From: Candidatus Omnitrophota bacterium
Lineage (GTDB): Bacteria; Omnitrophota; Omnitrophia; Omnitrophales; Aquincolibacteriaceae
Assembly: GCA_030698625.1 (NCBI GenBank)
Contig: JAUYMS010000024.1
Span: 482 to 64,481, forward strand
DNA length: 64,000 nucleotides
Direction: 5' to 3'
A model generated the notes under the pieces. That model saw only the letters and a program-made list of their open reading frames with translations, did no database searches and was not told where the DNA came from. Numbering within the stretch: the stretch's first letter is position 1; the number at the start of each line of letters is the position of its first letter. A program made the translations under genes and the position numbers. Positions 46,890 to 56,500 of this stretch are shown here, piece by piece.

Positions 46890-48803
46890 CTAGGAAAAGA
46901 TAGGTTGCTTGAATTTGAGTTCGTCCAAAACGCGAGTTACCACTTTTTTCGGAGACAACCCAAAACTGTCCAGCATCCCATCGCGCGAGCCATGAATGAT
47001 AAACTCGTCCGGTAACGCGAGGCGGTTGACAGGCACATCGAAGATAGAGTGGCGTTCCATCGATTCCAGGACTTTCGAGCCGAAGCCACCTGTCAGCACA
47101 TGTTCCTCTAACGTGAAAAGCATCCTCGTCTTGGAACAAGATTCCCGAAGGAGCACGTCATCGATGGGTTTGGCAAATCGCATATTGACAACGCGGGCAC
47201 TCACACCTTCGCTCTTGAGCAACTCTGCGGCTAGCAGGGCCACGTGCACCATAGTACCGAGCGCAAGGAGAGTCACGTCGTCACCGTCGACAAGCACTTC
47301 GCCTTGCCCGATGCCAAAAGGATTCTGCGGAAAATCGTCATACAGCCTCGGCACATTCGCTCGCGGATATCTGATAGCAAATATCTGCGGATAGGCGAGG
47401 GCCAAATCCAACATCCGTTCCATTTCAAACGCGTCTTTGGGCGCCGCGATAACCGCCTTTGGGACATGCCCAAGATAGCTGATATCAAAAACGCCATTAT
47501 GCGTTTCGCCGTCGGCCCCTACGAGTCCAGCCCGATCCATGGCCAAAACCAGCGGCTGACGCTGCAAGGCTACATCATGAATCAGGTTATCCTGTGAACG
47601 CTGCAAAAAAGTGGAGTAGATCGCACACACCGGCCGCAAACCCCCTTTTGCCAGAGCTCCGGCAAAGGTGACTGCATGCTGCTCCGCGATACCAACGTCA
47701 AAAAAGCGTTCCGGAAATTCTTTCTGAAACGGAACAAGCCCCGTCCCTGAAGGCATAGCCGCCGTGATTGCCACGATACTTGAATCTTTGCGCGCCCGCT
47801 TCATAAGAGCGTTGACGAAGGCCGTAGTATAAGGAATCCCCTCCGGCAAACCCTTGTCGGTTTCCTTGGGACTCCCAATTTTTTCACCCGTCGCCACATT
47901 AAAAGGCGTCACACCATGCAATTTCTCAGAGTGTTTTTCCGCGAACTCATAACCTTTTCCCTTTTGGGTAATAATATGGAGTAACCCGCATTCTCCGAGA
48001 GGCAATACCTTTCGCAGTGTCTTGACCAACCCCACAACATCATGCCCGTCGATCGGTCCAAAATATCGGAAACCCAACTCCTCAAAGAGTATTCCCGGCA
48101 GCAAAAGATGTTTCATCCCCTCTAGACTCGTCGTTGCAAGTCGCCGCAAGCGGGGAAAACGGTCGAGCTGATGCTCCACCTCTGCGCGAATCCTGTTATA
48201 TATTGGATTCGTAATGATCTTGTTCAGGTACTTGCTAATAGCGCCCACGTTCTTGGAGATCGACATCTCATTATCGTTAAGGATGATGAGCATGTCCTTT
48301 TTCATCTGTCCCGCGTTATTGAGCGCCTCATAGGACAAGCCGGAGGTCAATGCACCGTCACCGAAGATAGCAACAACACGCTGGTTAGCGGCCGGAATTT
48401 TCTTAAGATCACGGCTCACAGCAAGCCCCAGAGCTTGTGAAATAGCCGTACCGGCATGCCCGACGATAAACTGATCGTGCGGGCTCTCGAAGGGTGAAGG
48501 AAATCCGCTAAGCCCACCGCCCTGCCTAAGCGTGGACATACGCTGACGCCTGCCGGTTATCATTTTATGGACATACGCCTGATGACCAACGTCCCAGCAA
48601 ATCTTATCCGTAGGAGAATCCAAAACGTAGTGGAGGGCAATGCAGATTTCCAGAGCACCGAGGCTGGCTCCCAAATGACCGCCTGTAACCGCAACACTTT
48701 CGATCAGGTCATTGCGGTATTCTGCCGCCACTTCGGGAAGGTGTTCCAGCGGAATTTTTTTTAGGTCTTCAGGACCATGAATATCTTCAATCCACTGGTA
48801 CAT
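46890..48803 (-). CDS. dxs: 1-deoxy-D-xylulose-5-phosphate synthase
   Basis: GGHLGASLG, WDVGHQAY.HK, GDGA, NDNEMSI, IAEQHA, DRAGLVG.DG.TH. Confidence 0.97.
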   Translation of the reverse strand: MYQWIEDIHGPEDLKKIPLEHLPEVAAEYRNDLIESVAVTGGHLGASLGALEICIALHYVLDSPTDKICWDVGHQAYVHKMITGRRQRMSTLRQGGGLSGFPSPFESPHDQFIVGHAGTAISQALGLAVSRDLKKIPAANQRVVAIFGDGALTSGLSYEALNNAGQMKKDMLIILNDNEMSISKNVGAISKYLNKIITNPIYNRIRAEVEHQLDRFPRLRRLATTSLEGMKHLLLPGILFEELGFRYFGPIDGHDVVGLVKTLRKVLPLGECGLLHIITQKGKGYEFAEKHSEKLHGVTPFNVATGEKIGSPKETDKGLPEGIPYTTAFVNALMKRARKDSSIVAITAAMPSGTGLVPFQKEFPERFFDVGIAEQHAVTFAGALAKGGLRPVCAIYSTFLQRSQDNLIHDVALQRQPLVLAMDRAGLVGADGETHNGVFDISYLGHVPKAVIAAPKDAFEMERMLDLALAYPQIFAIRYPRANVPRLYDDFPQNPFGIGQGEVLVDGDDVTLLALGTMVHVALLAAELLKSEGVSARVVNMRFAKPIDDVLLRESCSKTRMLFTLEEHVLTGGFGSKVLESMERHSIFDVPVNRLALPDEFIIHGSRDGMLDSFGLSPKKVVTRVLDELKFKQPIFS

Positions 48804-49629
48804 GAGCTTCGCTAGGTGTCCTTTCTAATATGAAGTCCGCGAGTATCATCAGTTTCTTGGCGCGCCGCCCCAGGGGTCTTATCTCCCGTTTAGCGAGAGC
48901 GATCAGGTCTCGCACCTTGTCACGCGCCTCACTCGGCTTCAGGATTCGCAGATAACCGTCTCCGTCGATGAGGTCATCCACGGACTGAAAAGCCAGCCCT
49001 ACGGATTCCCCGTACCTGGCTATGTGGCGACGGACTTCTTTGGAAGCGCCGCCCATAATAGCGCCGCAAACAGCACTTGCCTTAATCAACTTACCTGTTT
49101 TATGAATGCTGATGAAGTCCAGGGTCGGTATGTCCAGATCTGAGCCCGTACTCGCCAGATCGGCAACTTGACCGCCGATCATACCATAAATACCGGCGGC
49201 AGTCGATATCTCGCGCAGAAGCGGCACAACCTTGGTCCGCGGCTTGATATCGGCGAGTATTTGGAAAGCTGTATTGAGCAGTCCGTCCCCGGTCAAGACA
49301 GCCATTGCCTCGCCGAAACGCTTGTGGCACGAGGGTTTCCCGCGGCGTTCATCAGCATTATCCAGAGCCGGCAGATCATCATGAACGAGAGAATAGGAAT
49401 GAATCAGCTCAATAGCCGCAGCCGGAATGAGAGCGTCCTTCGCCTTACCCCCCACAGCTTCGCAGGCCGCCAGTGTTATCACCGGGCGGAAACGTTTTCC
49501 GCCGGGAAAAACCGAGTAGCGCATCGCCTCATGGATCACAGGCGGATGCTGAGGGGACGCAGGGATCACCGCATCCAGAGTCTTTTCGATGCCGCCTAAG
49601 TATTTCTTAAATACATCTTCGTATTTCAC
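48787..49629 (-). CDS. ispA: Farnesyl/geranylgeranyl diphosphate synthase
   Basis: GGKRFRP, HSYSLVHDDLPALD...RRGKP, GQVAD, KTG, FQSVDDLID; lies between xseB and dxs. Confidence 0.88.
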   Translation of the reverse strand: MKYEDVFKKYLGGIEKTLDAVIPASPQHPPVIHEAMRYSVFPGGKRFRPVITLAACEAVGGKAKDALIPAAAIELIHSYSLVHDDLPALDNADERRGKPSCHKRFGEAMAVLTGDGLLNTAFQILADIKPRTKVVPLLREISTAAGIYGMIGGQVADLASTGSDLDIPTLDFISIHKTGKLIKASAVCGAIMGGASKEVRRHIARYGESVGLAFQSVDDLIDGDGYLRILKPSEARDKVRDLIALAKREIRPLGRRAKKLMILADFILERTPSEAHVPVD

Positions 49630-49637
49630 CGGATTGC

Positions 49638-49907
49638 CTAACGGGATTTTTTTGCTGCTGGTTTCTTTGCTTCTTCTTCATCTTCGAGGTTGAATGGTTC
49701 CTTTGTAAATGAACCGTCCAAAGATCGGTTAAGGACTTCGATCTTTTTTTCGGCTTGCACAAGCTTCGTCTGGCAAGCGTGCGCCAACTTCACACCCTCC
49801 TCAAATCGCTTGAGGGCATCCTCAAGCTTCACTTCGCCGGATTCCAAATCTTCGACTATTTTTTCAAGTCGCTCCAGCGCCTTCTCAAATACGATTTCCT
49901 CTGCCAT
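49638..49907 (-). CDS. xseB: Exodeoxyribonuclease VII small subunit
   Basis: FEKALERLEKIV..LESG...LE.AL..FEEG. Start placed at ATG 49907 after SD GGAGGGG. Confidence 0.93.
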   Translation of the reverse strand: MAEEIVFEKALERLEKIVEDLESGEVKLEDALKRFEEGVKLAHACQTKLVQAEKKIEVLNRSLDGSFTKEPFNLEDEEEAKKPAAKKSR

Positions 49908-49935
49908 TGTTTTCCCCTCCGATTTCGGTCTGTCG

Positions 49936-51171
49936 CTATTCAATTTTAGTAACCTGCGAATGGACAATTCCCTTCCCAGTGCGGGTTTTTATGGCATCAC
50001 CCACTTTAATACGTTTCGTATCCTTGATCAATGAACCGTCCGAGCGAAACGAAAGTGAATACCCCCTCTCCAAAATTGCCAGGGGGCTTAAGGCGTGAAG
50101 CTTACCGCATACACCTCGCAACTCGTGGTTCTTCTGAGACCACAAGGTCTTTATGTAGTTCTGTAATTGACGGACCAGCTCATCAAGATGTTGTGAGTGT
50201 TGTTCGACAATCGCAAGAGGCTGACGAAAGGCATAACTCCCCTTGAGCGTTTCAAGCCTTTCCCTGAGATCCCCAACCAGTAAGACCGCGCTATTTCGGA
50301 TCCGAGTCTCATAATCCTTAAAGCGGTTCTGTATGTCATCCCGATTCTGCACCACCAGCTCTGCAGCCGCAGACGGTGTGGGGGCTCTTAGATCGGCTAC
50401 CAAATCACAAATTGTCCAGTCGATCTCATGCCCCACGGCAGAAATCACAGGTATTCGCGACTCATAAACAGCCCGTGCAACCGCCTCCTCGTTGAAAGCC
50501 CACAGGTCCTCCAGACTGCCACCACCGCGCCCCACGATCATAACATCAACTAACCCCCAACGATTCATATCAAGCACCGCCTGCGCAATCTCGGCCGCAG
50601 CACCATCCCCCTGCACCCGGACGGGATAAAGCAAGACTTCCGTCCCTTGGAAACGCCGGCCCACGACGTTAAGGATATCTCTAATGGCCGCACCCGTCGA
50701 TGATGTAATGACCCCCACTGTGCGCGGGAACTTCGGAATCTCCTGCTTGTGCTCGACTCGAAATAACCCTTCCTTTTCCAAGCGCTCCTTCATCTGTAAA
50801 AATGCCATTTGAAGCGAGCCTACACCCTGCGGTTCCATGCGGTCGATATATAACTGGTATTGACCACGCGCTTCATACAGTGACGGCCTTGCCAAAGCCA
50901 GCACCTTCAAACCGTCCTTTAATCGAAACTTCAATGATTGATTCTGTCTGCTGAAAAAAGCGGCGTTAATCTGTGACTTGTCGTCCTTCAGAGAGAAATA
51001 GATGTGCCCGGAGCTATGGTACTTACAATTCGAAAGCTCCCCCTCCACCCACAGGGCCCCCTCAAACCTCCCTTCCAACAAAATGCGAACCTCTCGATTC
51101 AAATCACTTACTGTGTAAACTCTGCGTGTACTGTCGATATCATCGAGGGACATACTTTGCGCAGCTTTCAC
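49936..51171 (-). CDS. xseA: Exodeoxyribonuclease VII large subunit
   Basis: SGHIYFSLKD, RGGGSLEDLWAFNEE, SAVGHE.D, APTPSAAAE. Confidence 0.96.
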   Translation of the reverse strand: MKAAQSMSLDDIDSTRRVYTVSDLNREVRILLEGRFEGALWVEGELSNCKYHSSGHIYFSLKDDKSQINAAFFSRQNQSLKFRLKDGLKVLALARPSLYEARGQYQLYIDRMEPQGVGSLQMAFLQMKERLEKEGLFRVEHKQEIPKFPRTVGVITSSTGAAIRDILNVVGRRFQGTEVLLYPVRVQGDGAAAEIAQAVLDMNRWGLVDVMIVGRGGGSLEDLWAFNEEAVARAVYESRIPVISAVGHEIDWTICDLVADLRAPTPSAAAELVVQNRDDIQNRFKDYETRIRNSAVLLVGDLRERLETLKGSYAFRQPLAIVEQHSQHLDELVRQLQNYIKTLWSQKNHELRGVCGKLHALSPLAILERGYSLSFRSDGSLIKDTKRIKVGDAIKTRTGKGIVHSQVTKIE

Positions 51172-51179
51172 AACTCTCC

Positions 51180-51749
51180 TCAGCCGCGTATGACGCGGTC
51201 TACACGCACATCGCGACGTGTCATGGGGACACGTTTGACAATCTGTTCACGGAATGCAAGCCCGACCTTCTTCACATCTTTAGCGTCCTTCAGTAGTCGG
51301 TCGAAACAGCCGAGACCCCGTCCCAGGCGGCCTTTACCATGATCGAATCCGAGTCCTGGAATAATCATGAGATCCATCTCACTGACTCTTCCCTTTGCAC
51401 CCGGACTGGGCTTAGGCTGACGAATTCCGAATGTCCCCCTGCGAAGATCACGCGCCAAATTGCTGATGCGGTAAATCGTTATGCGGTCTCGTGATTTTCC
51501 TAGATGGGGAACGTACACGCTTTTCTTCAGCGCGAGGGCTTTGGTAATCAGTTCTCGCGTATCCACTTCATCCGGCAAGGCGACATAGGTAAACACCCGC
51601 TTCGCCCTTCTAAAATCGCGTGATCGGATCACCTTCGACACGATGGCTCGACTTCGACTCCTCCTAGCCGACCTCCCTATCCTGGACAGAGATTCTCGTA
51701 ATCGCCTTCTTAGTAATGACTTATTAATTTTGACTAGGGCAGGAAGCAT
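51180..51749 (-). CDS. 5-formyltetrahydrofolate cyclo-ligase
   Basis: EVDT, IIPGLGFD...GRLGRGLGCFDR.L, D..VD.VI. Confidence 0.88.
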   Translation of the reverse strand: MLPALVKINKSLLRRRLRESLSRIGRSARRSRSRAIVSKVIRSRDFRRAKRVFTYVALPDEVDTRELITKALALKKSVYVPHLGKSRDRITIYRISNLARDLRRGTFGIRQPKPSPGAKGRVSEMDLMIIPGLGFDHGKGRLGRGLGCFDRLLKDAKDVKKVGLAFREQIVKRVPMTRRDVRVDRVIRG

Positions 51750-51794
51750 ACTGGATTGGGGAATATTCTAGCTAAATGCGGCTGAAAAGACCAC

Positions 51795-51829
51795 AAAAAA
51801 AGCCCCGGTGCCTTGAGAGGCATCGGGGC
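51795..51829 (-). terminator. Rho-independent terminator downstream of the outer-membrane barrel gene
   Basis: Minus strand GCCCCGATGCCT-CTCA-AGGCACCGGGGC followed by T7. Confidence 0.85.
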
Positions 51830-51854
51830 CGTCGCATAATACTGAGGCGACTAA

Positions 51855-53366
51855 TTAGAATGCTAAAGTTACTTCCGCCGTAAGTATCTTGGCGTTTTCG
51901 TCCGCTGTAGTCACGGATTGTCCGGCGGAAGTCAGGACGCTGGCATCAGTATGAAAGTAGTCGCCCGGCATGAAGATACCTCCGATCATCTTGAATTGAA
52001 GATCTTCGGTATAATCATAAGTCAGGACCATATCCAGTTCGTTACCAATGAATCGACCTCGTCCCTCAATGACGCTCTCATCAAGCCAATACATTAGCCA
52101 CCGACCGAACAGGCCAAGATCAGGGTTATTGAAAGGATGAAAGAGCACATCGACCATAAGCTGGTGCTGGTTGGTGAAGCCGGGAGTAACATCCGGGTCC
52201 GTTAAATAAAACTGGCCCTGAAACTCTCTGATAGCACTGTGGAATTTCCCGCGATAGAGCGGTCGCCATGCGCCCGATTTTCCTCTTTCTGAGATCTCTT
52301 CACCCGAATAGAAAACCCACTCAGCACCGAGGGTCATCGGCCACGGTGACTCAATCCAATCCCACTCCGCCCGCAGGTCATAGGCAAACGCCCTGATGTT
52401 CTGCCGATTATCACCATTCAGGGTAAAGCGCGCCAAAGTAGAAGTTGTCGGAGGTGAGTTTGCCTGTCCGCTGGCGCCACCTTCTTCACCCCATTGAAAC
52501 GCAAATTCGCCATTCAGGCGCATCCTATCCCAGGGCTTGATCCCGCCACGCGTACCGATCGTCCATATCTCCTCGGTCTTCGCAAAAGTGTCGCCTGTGC
52601 CGTTGAGCCTGGCAGCATCTCTATCCCCCAGGAAGTACATTTCCCCTTCTGCGTCATAGGCACTGAAAGCACGGCCGACATTGATACCGAAGGCGTTGTG
52701 ATCATCACCGTTGTTGATACCGAGCTCTGCAATCTTTGCCGCAAAGGCATCAAAATGCCAGTCCCCTTTCTCTACGTAGAATCGGACCGCGTCAAAACTG
52801 TTAAAAAGACTGAACTCGTCCGCGCTGATCGTCCCACTCGGATCGGGATTTCCAAGTTGATTGTCGCCGAGCACAAAGCCATCACCCCAGTGGAGATTCT
52901 GGCGACCGATCGTGACGGAAAGCTCCGGATAATAGAGCTCCTTGATGGTAATATTCGCAAGGTTCAGAATAACATCAAATTGGTCATTTGCTGCGCTTGA
53001 ACCACCAGCCGCACCGGGGCCAATATTTGTAGCGGTCGTTAAGCCGGACCCGTTCGCAGCGCCTGACGGCGGATCCCAGTCGCGCTGATTCAGCAATTCA
53101 ACTTCTCCGGATATATTGCCGGTAAGGTCGGCATCAACGCGAAGACGCATGGTGCTCATGACAAATCGCTGTGTCTCATCCGTGGGGTTAAACTTAGTCC
53201 CGTTGAAGGTGTCATTCCCCTTGATAGCACCAAGGGAATAGCTGTCCTTATAGATGCCGCGGACGTTGATGTCTCCGCTAACCTTCACGTTTTCAACCGC
53301 AGCGAAGGCCGGCACGCCAACTAGTGACAACACGAAGAATACGGCTAAAAATGGCGTTTTACGCAT
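51855..53366 (-). CDS. Outer-membrane beta-barrel protein, alginate-export (AlgE)-like
   Basis: Signal peptide ending PAFA, VTIGRQ...WG.G, FDAVR, IGNELD...Y.YTEDL, C-terminal F. Start at ATG 53366 after SD GGGGAGG. Confidence 0.75.
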   Translation of the reverse strand: MRKTPFLAVFFVLSLVGVPAFAAVENVKVSGDINVRGIYKDSYSLGAIKGNDTFNGTKFNPTDETQRFVMSTMRLRVDADLTGNISGEVELLNQRDWDPPSGAANGSGLTTATNIGPGAAGGSSAANDQFDVILNLANITIKELYYPELSVTIGRQNLHWGDGFVLGDNQLGNPDPSGTISADEFSLFNSFDAVRFYVEKGDWHFDAFAAKIAELGINNGDDHNAFGINVGRAFSAYDAEGEMYFLGDRDAARLNGTGDTFAKTEEIWTIGTRGGIKPWDRMRLNGEFAFQWGEEGGASGQANSPPTTSTLARFTLNGDNRQNIRAFAYDLRAEWDWIESPWPMTLGAEWVFYSGEEISERGKSGAWRPLYRGKFHSAIREFQGQFYLTDPDVTPGFTNQHQLMVDVLFHPFNNPDLGLFGRWLMYWLDESVIEGRGRFIGNELDMVLTYDYTEDLQFKMIGGIFMPGDYFHTDASVLTSAGQSVTTADENAKILTAEVTLAF

Positions 53367-53571
53367 GGCTAAAAGCCTCCCCTGGTGAAATTTCGGTTGC
53401 ACCTGAGTGCAGATTATTCCATGCGTTAGTTTTCGACAGGGGTAGGCAAAACTTAAGAGCTATCTCCGATATTTGATTTTAACGGCGCTATTATTTACTA
53501 TATATTAGACGGATTTGCGCACAATTAGCAATTATTCGGTGGATATGGCGGGTGGGACAAAAAAGCGGGAT

Positions 53572-56500
53572 TTAATTTAACTGTAGGGATTGACGCATTT
53601 TCACAAGTTGCGCCTCTAGTTGACTAGCCTTACTCTCGAGCGCCCTCTCGCGAACCTCTAGGCCTCGGTTTTTTTCAACCATCTCGATACGCTGCTTCTC
53701 TAATTGCTCAAGCCTCACATCCAATTCACGCTGACGGCCCTCTAACTTCCCTTCAAGCTCCTGCAACTTCTGCTCACGGTTCTTGACCTGCTCTTCCTGC
53801 TGCGAAAGCTCACTGCGTGTTTTCTCATACGCTTCCTGATTCTCTTCGTGGTTGCGCAATAAAGCCTCGAGGGCTTGCCGGTCAGACTTGAGTTGGGTCG
53901 TTTGCTTCTTCAGATCCCTTTCTCTCGCCGCGAGCTCCTGCTGTTCTTTCTTCAGAGACCGCCTGGCATCATCCGAATTCTTCCCCTGAAGCTTCTTAAG
54001 CTCAGCCTCCCGTTTTTCAAGCTCTTCTCTCTGCTTCACAATGCGCTTCTCTGCCTCCTCAAGGATAGCCATTTTTGAAGTCACGCCCTCACTGTCAACC
54101 TTAATTTTTTCCTCCTGCTGTTTCAGGTCCGTCTCACGGCGCTGTCTCTCATTTTCCCAATTGCTCACAGCAAGCTCCCGGACCGAGACAGAAGCCTTAC
54201 GCGCCTCCGAGAATTTTTCCTTCTCATCACGGATCGCCTGAGCCTCTCGCTCAAGCTCTTGCGAGCGCCGATCCAGTTCCTTGGCTCGCTCCCCGATTTC
54301 AGCTTTAACCTCATCCAACTGCATCTGGTACTCCGTGACTCGAGGAAGGAAATTCTTGTCAAAGTCTTCGAGCATTTCACTGCGAACACTGAGGTCTGCC
54401 AAAATCTTCTGCTGCTGAGTCTGCCACCTCTCCTGCTCCTCGCGCACTTTTTTGATCTGGCCAAGCAGGGTTGCACGCACAGACAGGACCTTACTCTCAC
54501 GCTCCGAAAGCATACGCTCGCGTCCCGCGACATCTTTTTCCCAATCAGCCTTGATTGTTTCCGCTTCACGACGCAATAGCCCGGCCTTTTCCTCATCCCA
54601 AGCCGCGATCCGCTGGTCCAAAGCAAGCGCATTCTCATCGAACGTCTTTCGGGCCTGCAAGAAATCTGTCTCGCGCTTATCGAGAGCTTCCTTCCCGGCA
54701 TCGCGTTCCTTAAGCCATTCGTTTTTCATTTTCTCAAATGTCTCGCGTTCACTCTCGACAACCTCATCCTGCCGCGAGAGATCACTCAATCTTTCCTGTA
54801 AGACACGTTCCCGCTTGGAAAGTTCTTGAGCCGTTTCTTCGATCTTCTCCGCTCGCCTCTCCAGTTTTGATCTCTCATCTTTCAGATCACTTTCTTCCTT
54901 CCTCAGTTCGTGCAAACGGTTCTCCAACTGCTTAACGCGGCGTTCGTAAGTGGAGGTCTCTTCGTCGCGCTCAAGTTCCCATTCTTTAACACGTTTCTCA
55001 AACGCCGCCTTCTCAGCTGCCACCGAAGACATTTCCTTTTTAGATTTCCCCTGCCACGTCTTCCTTTCGTTTTCGAGTGACCGCCTATCATCTTCCAACC
55101 GTTTCTTCTCTCCCTCGAAGGTCACGCGTTCACTTTCCAAAGCAGTCCTATCGACGTCTATTTTCCCGCGAGCGCTTTCCAGCGATTGCTGGCGTACTTG
55201 GACGGCCTTCTCCTGCTGTTCAATAGTCCTAGCGCGCTGCTCCCAAGCTTCTTTCTGGCTCTTAAACTCCGACTCCCAACTGGCCCGAGCTTCAGTTAAT
55301 TCCCTCCGAGCACTCTCCAGTTCATTCCGAAGCACCTCATCCTGCGCAGTTCCCTCACTACCCGTCGGCGCAGGCGTCTCAGCAATATGCTTATCCACTT
55401 CCGCTTCCCGCTTTTCCAGTCTTTCAACACGCTCATTAAACAGTTTTCTTTTCTGATCAAATTCATCTTCCCACTTCATTTGCCATTCATTAAGGACTTC
55501 GGCTTGAGCCGTAAGCTCATCGGCAACCTTTTTACGATTTTCTTCCCACGCCTCACGCTCTCTTTCAAAGGCTTTCTGCTGCTCTTCCAAAGCTTTAGTC
55601 GATTGGTACAATCCCCGTTCTTCTTTCTCGAGCTCTTCGTGTCTCTGCCGTATTTCGCCTCTTTCCTTATCCATTGCGCTCCTGGCTGCTTCCAATTCCG
55701 TTGCCCGTGTTCGCGCCTGGTCGGTTCTCCCATCAATGTCTGCGGCTCGACCGGCGAAGGCACTTGCTTCTGCGCTATATTTTCTTTCGAGCTCACGCTC
55801 GCGCATATCGAGCTCGCCTTTTTTACGTGTCAGCTCGGTCAGCACCTTCTCGCTTTTGTTTTCCCACTTTTCCCGTCTCTCATCAAATTCGCGGCGCTCT
55901 TTTCGCAACGCCGCTCTCTCAGCGGCAAGATTTCCTACATCCCCAGAAGCGGCCTGTCCTCCGAGGCCGTCTTGGCCCTCCGGCATTAAAACAGAAGACT
56001 TCCTTCGCGCCTCTATGGCCGCTTCCTGCGCTTCCAATTCCTGACGCTGTCGCCCGAGACGTTCCTCGATTCGCTCATACCGCCGCTGCCACTGCTCGCG
56101 TTCAATCACAAACTCTTCACGATCTCGCTCCAGCCTCTTCTCGGACTCGCCAAGCTGACGAGATTGGTGATTATAAGTCTTCTCGCGCTTATCCAGGTCT
56201 GCGATCGCGGCATTGAGCTCCTCATCGCGCTTTTTTAAACGCATTCGCTCTTCGCGAATATCTTCTTCACGCACATCGAAGGCCATTTCCGTTTGCCATA
56301 CCGCAACCTGCTCCTCTTTACCTTCAAACTGTTTGGCCATCTGCAGGCGGCTAGCCTCCGCGCGCTTGCGCTCACGATCAAGCGCTGCTCGCTCCTCATC
56401 AAGGCGTTCTCTCTCTTTTGAAAGATCGCGAGCTTCGCTGCCCAGTTGTTCGGCTCGATCATCTAAACGTTTCTGCAGCGCCTTAAGTTCCTTGCCATCG

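Noticed and set aside
51750-51854. 6S RNA (ssrS), often found upstream of 5-formyl-THF cyclo-ligase
   Set aside because: The gap is only about 105 bp and is occupied by a terminator and a probable -10; too short for 6S RNA.
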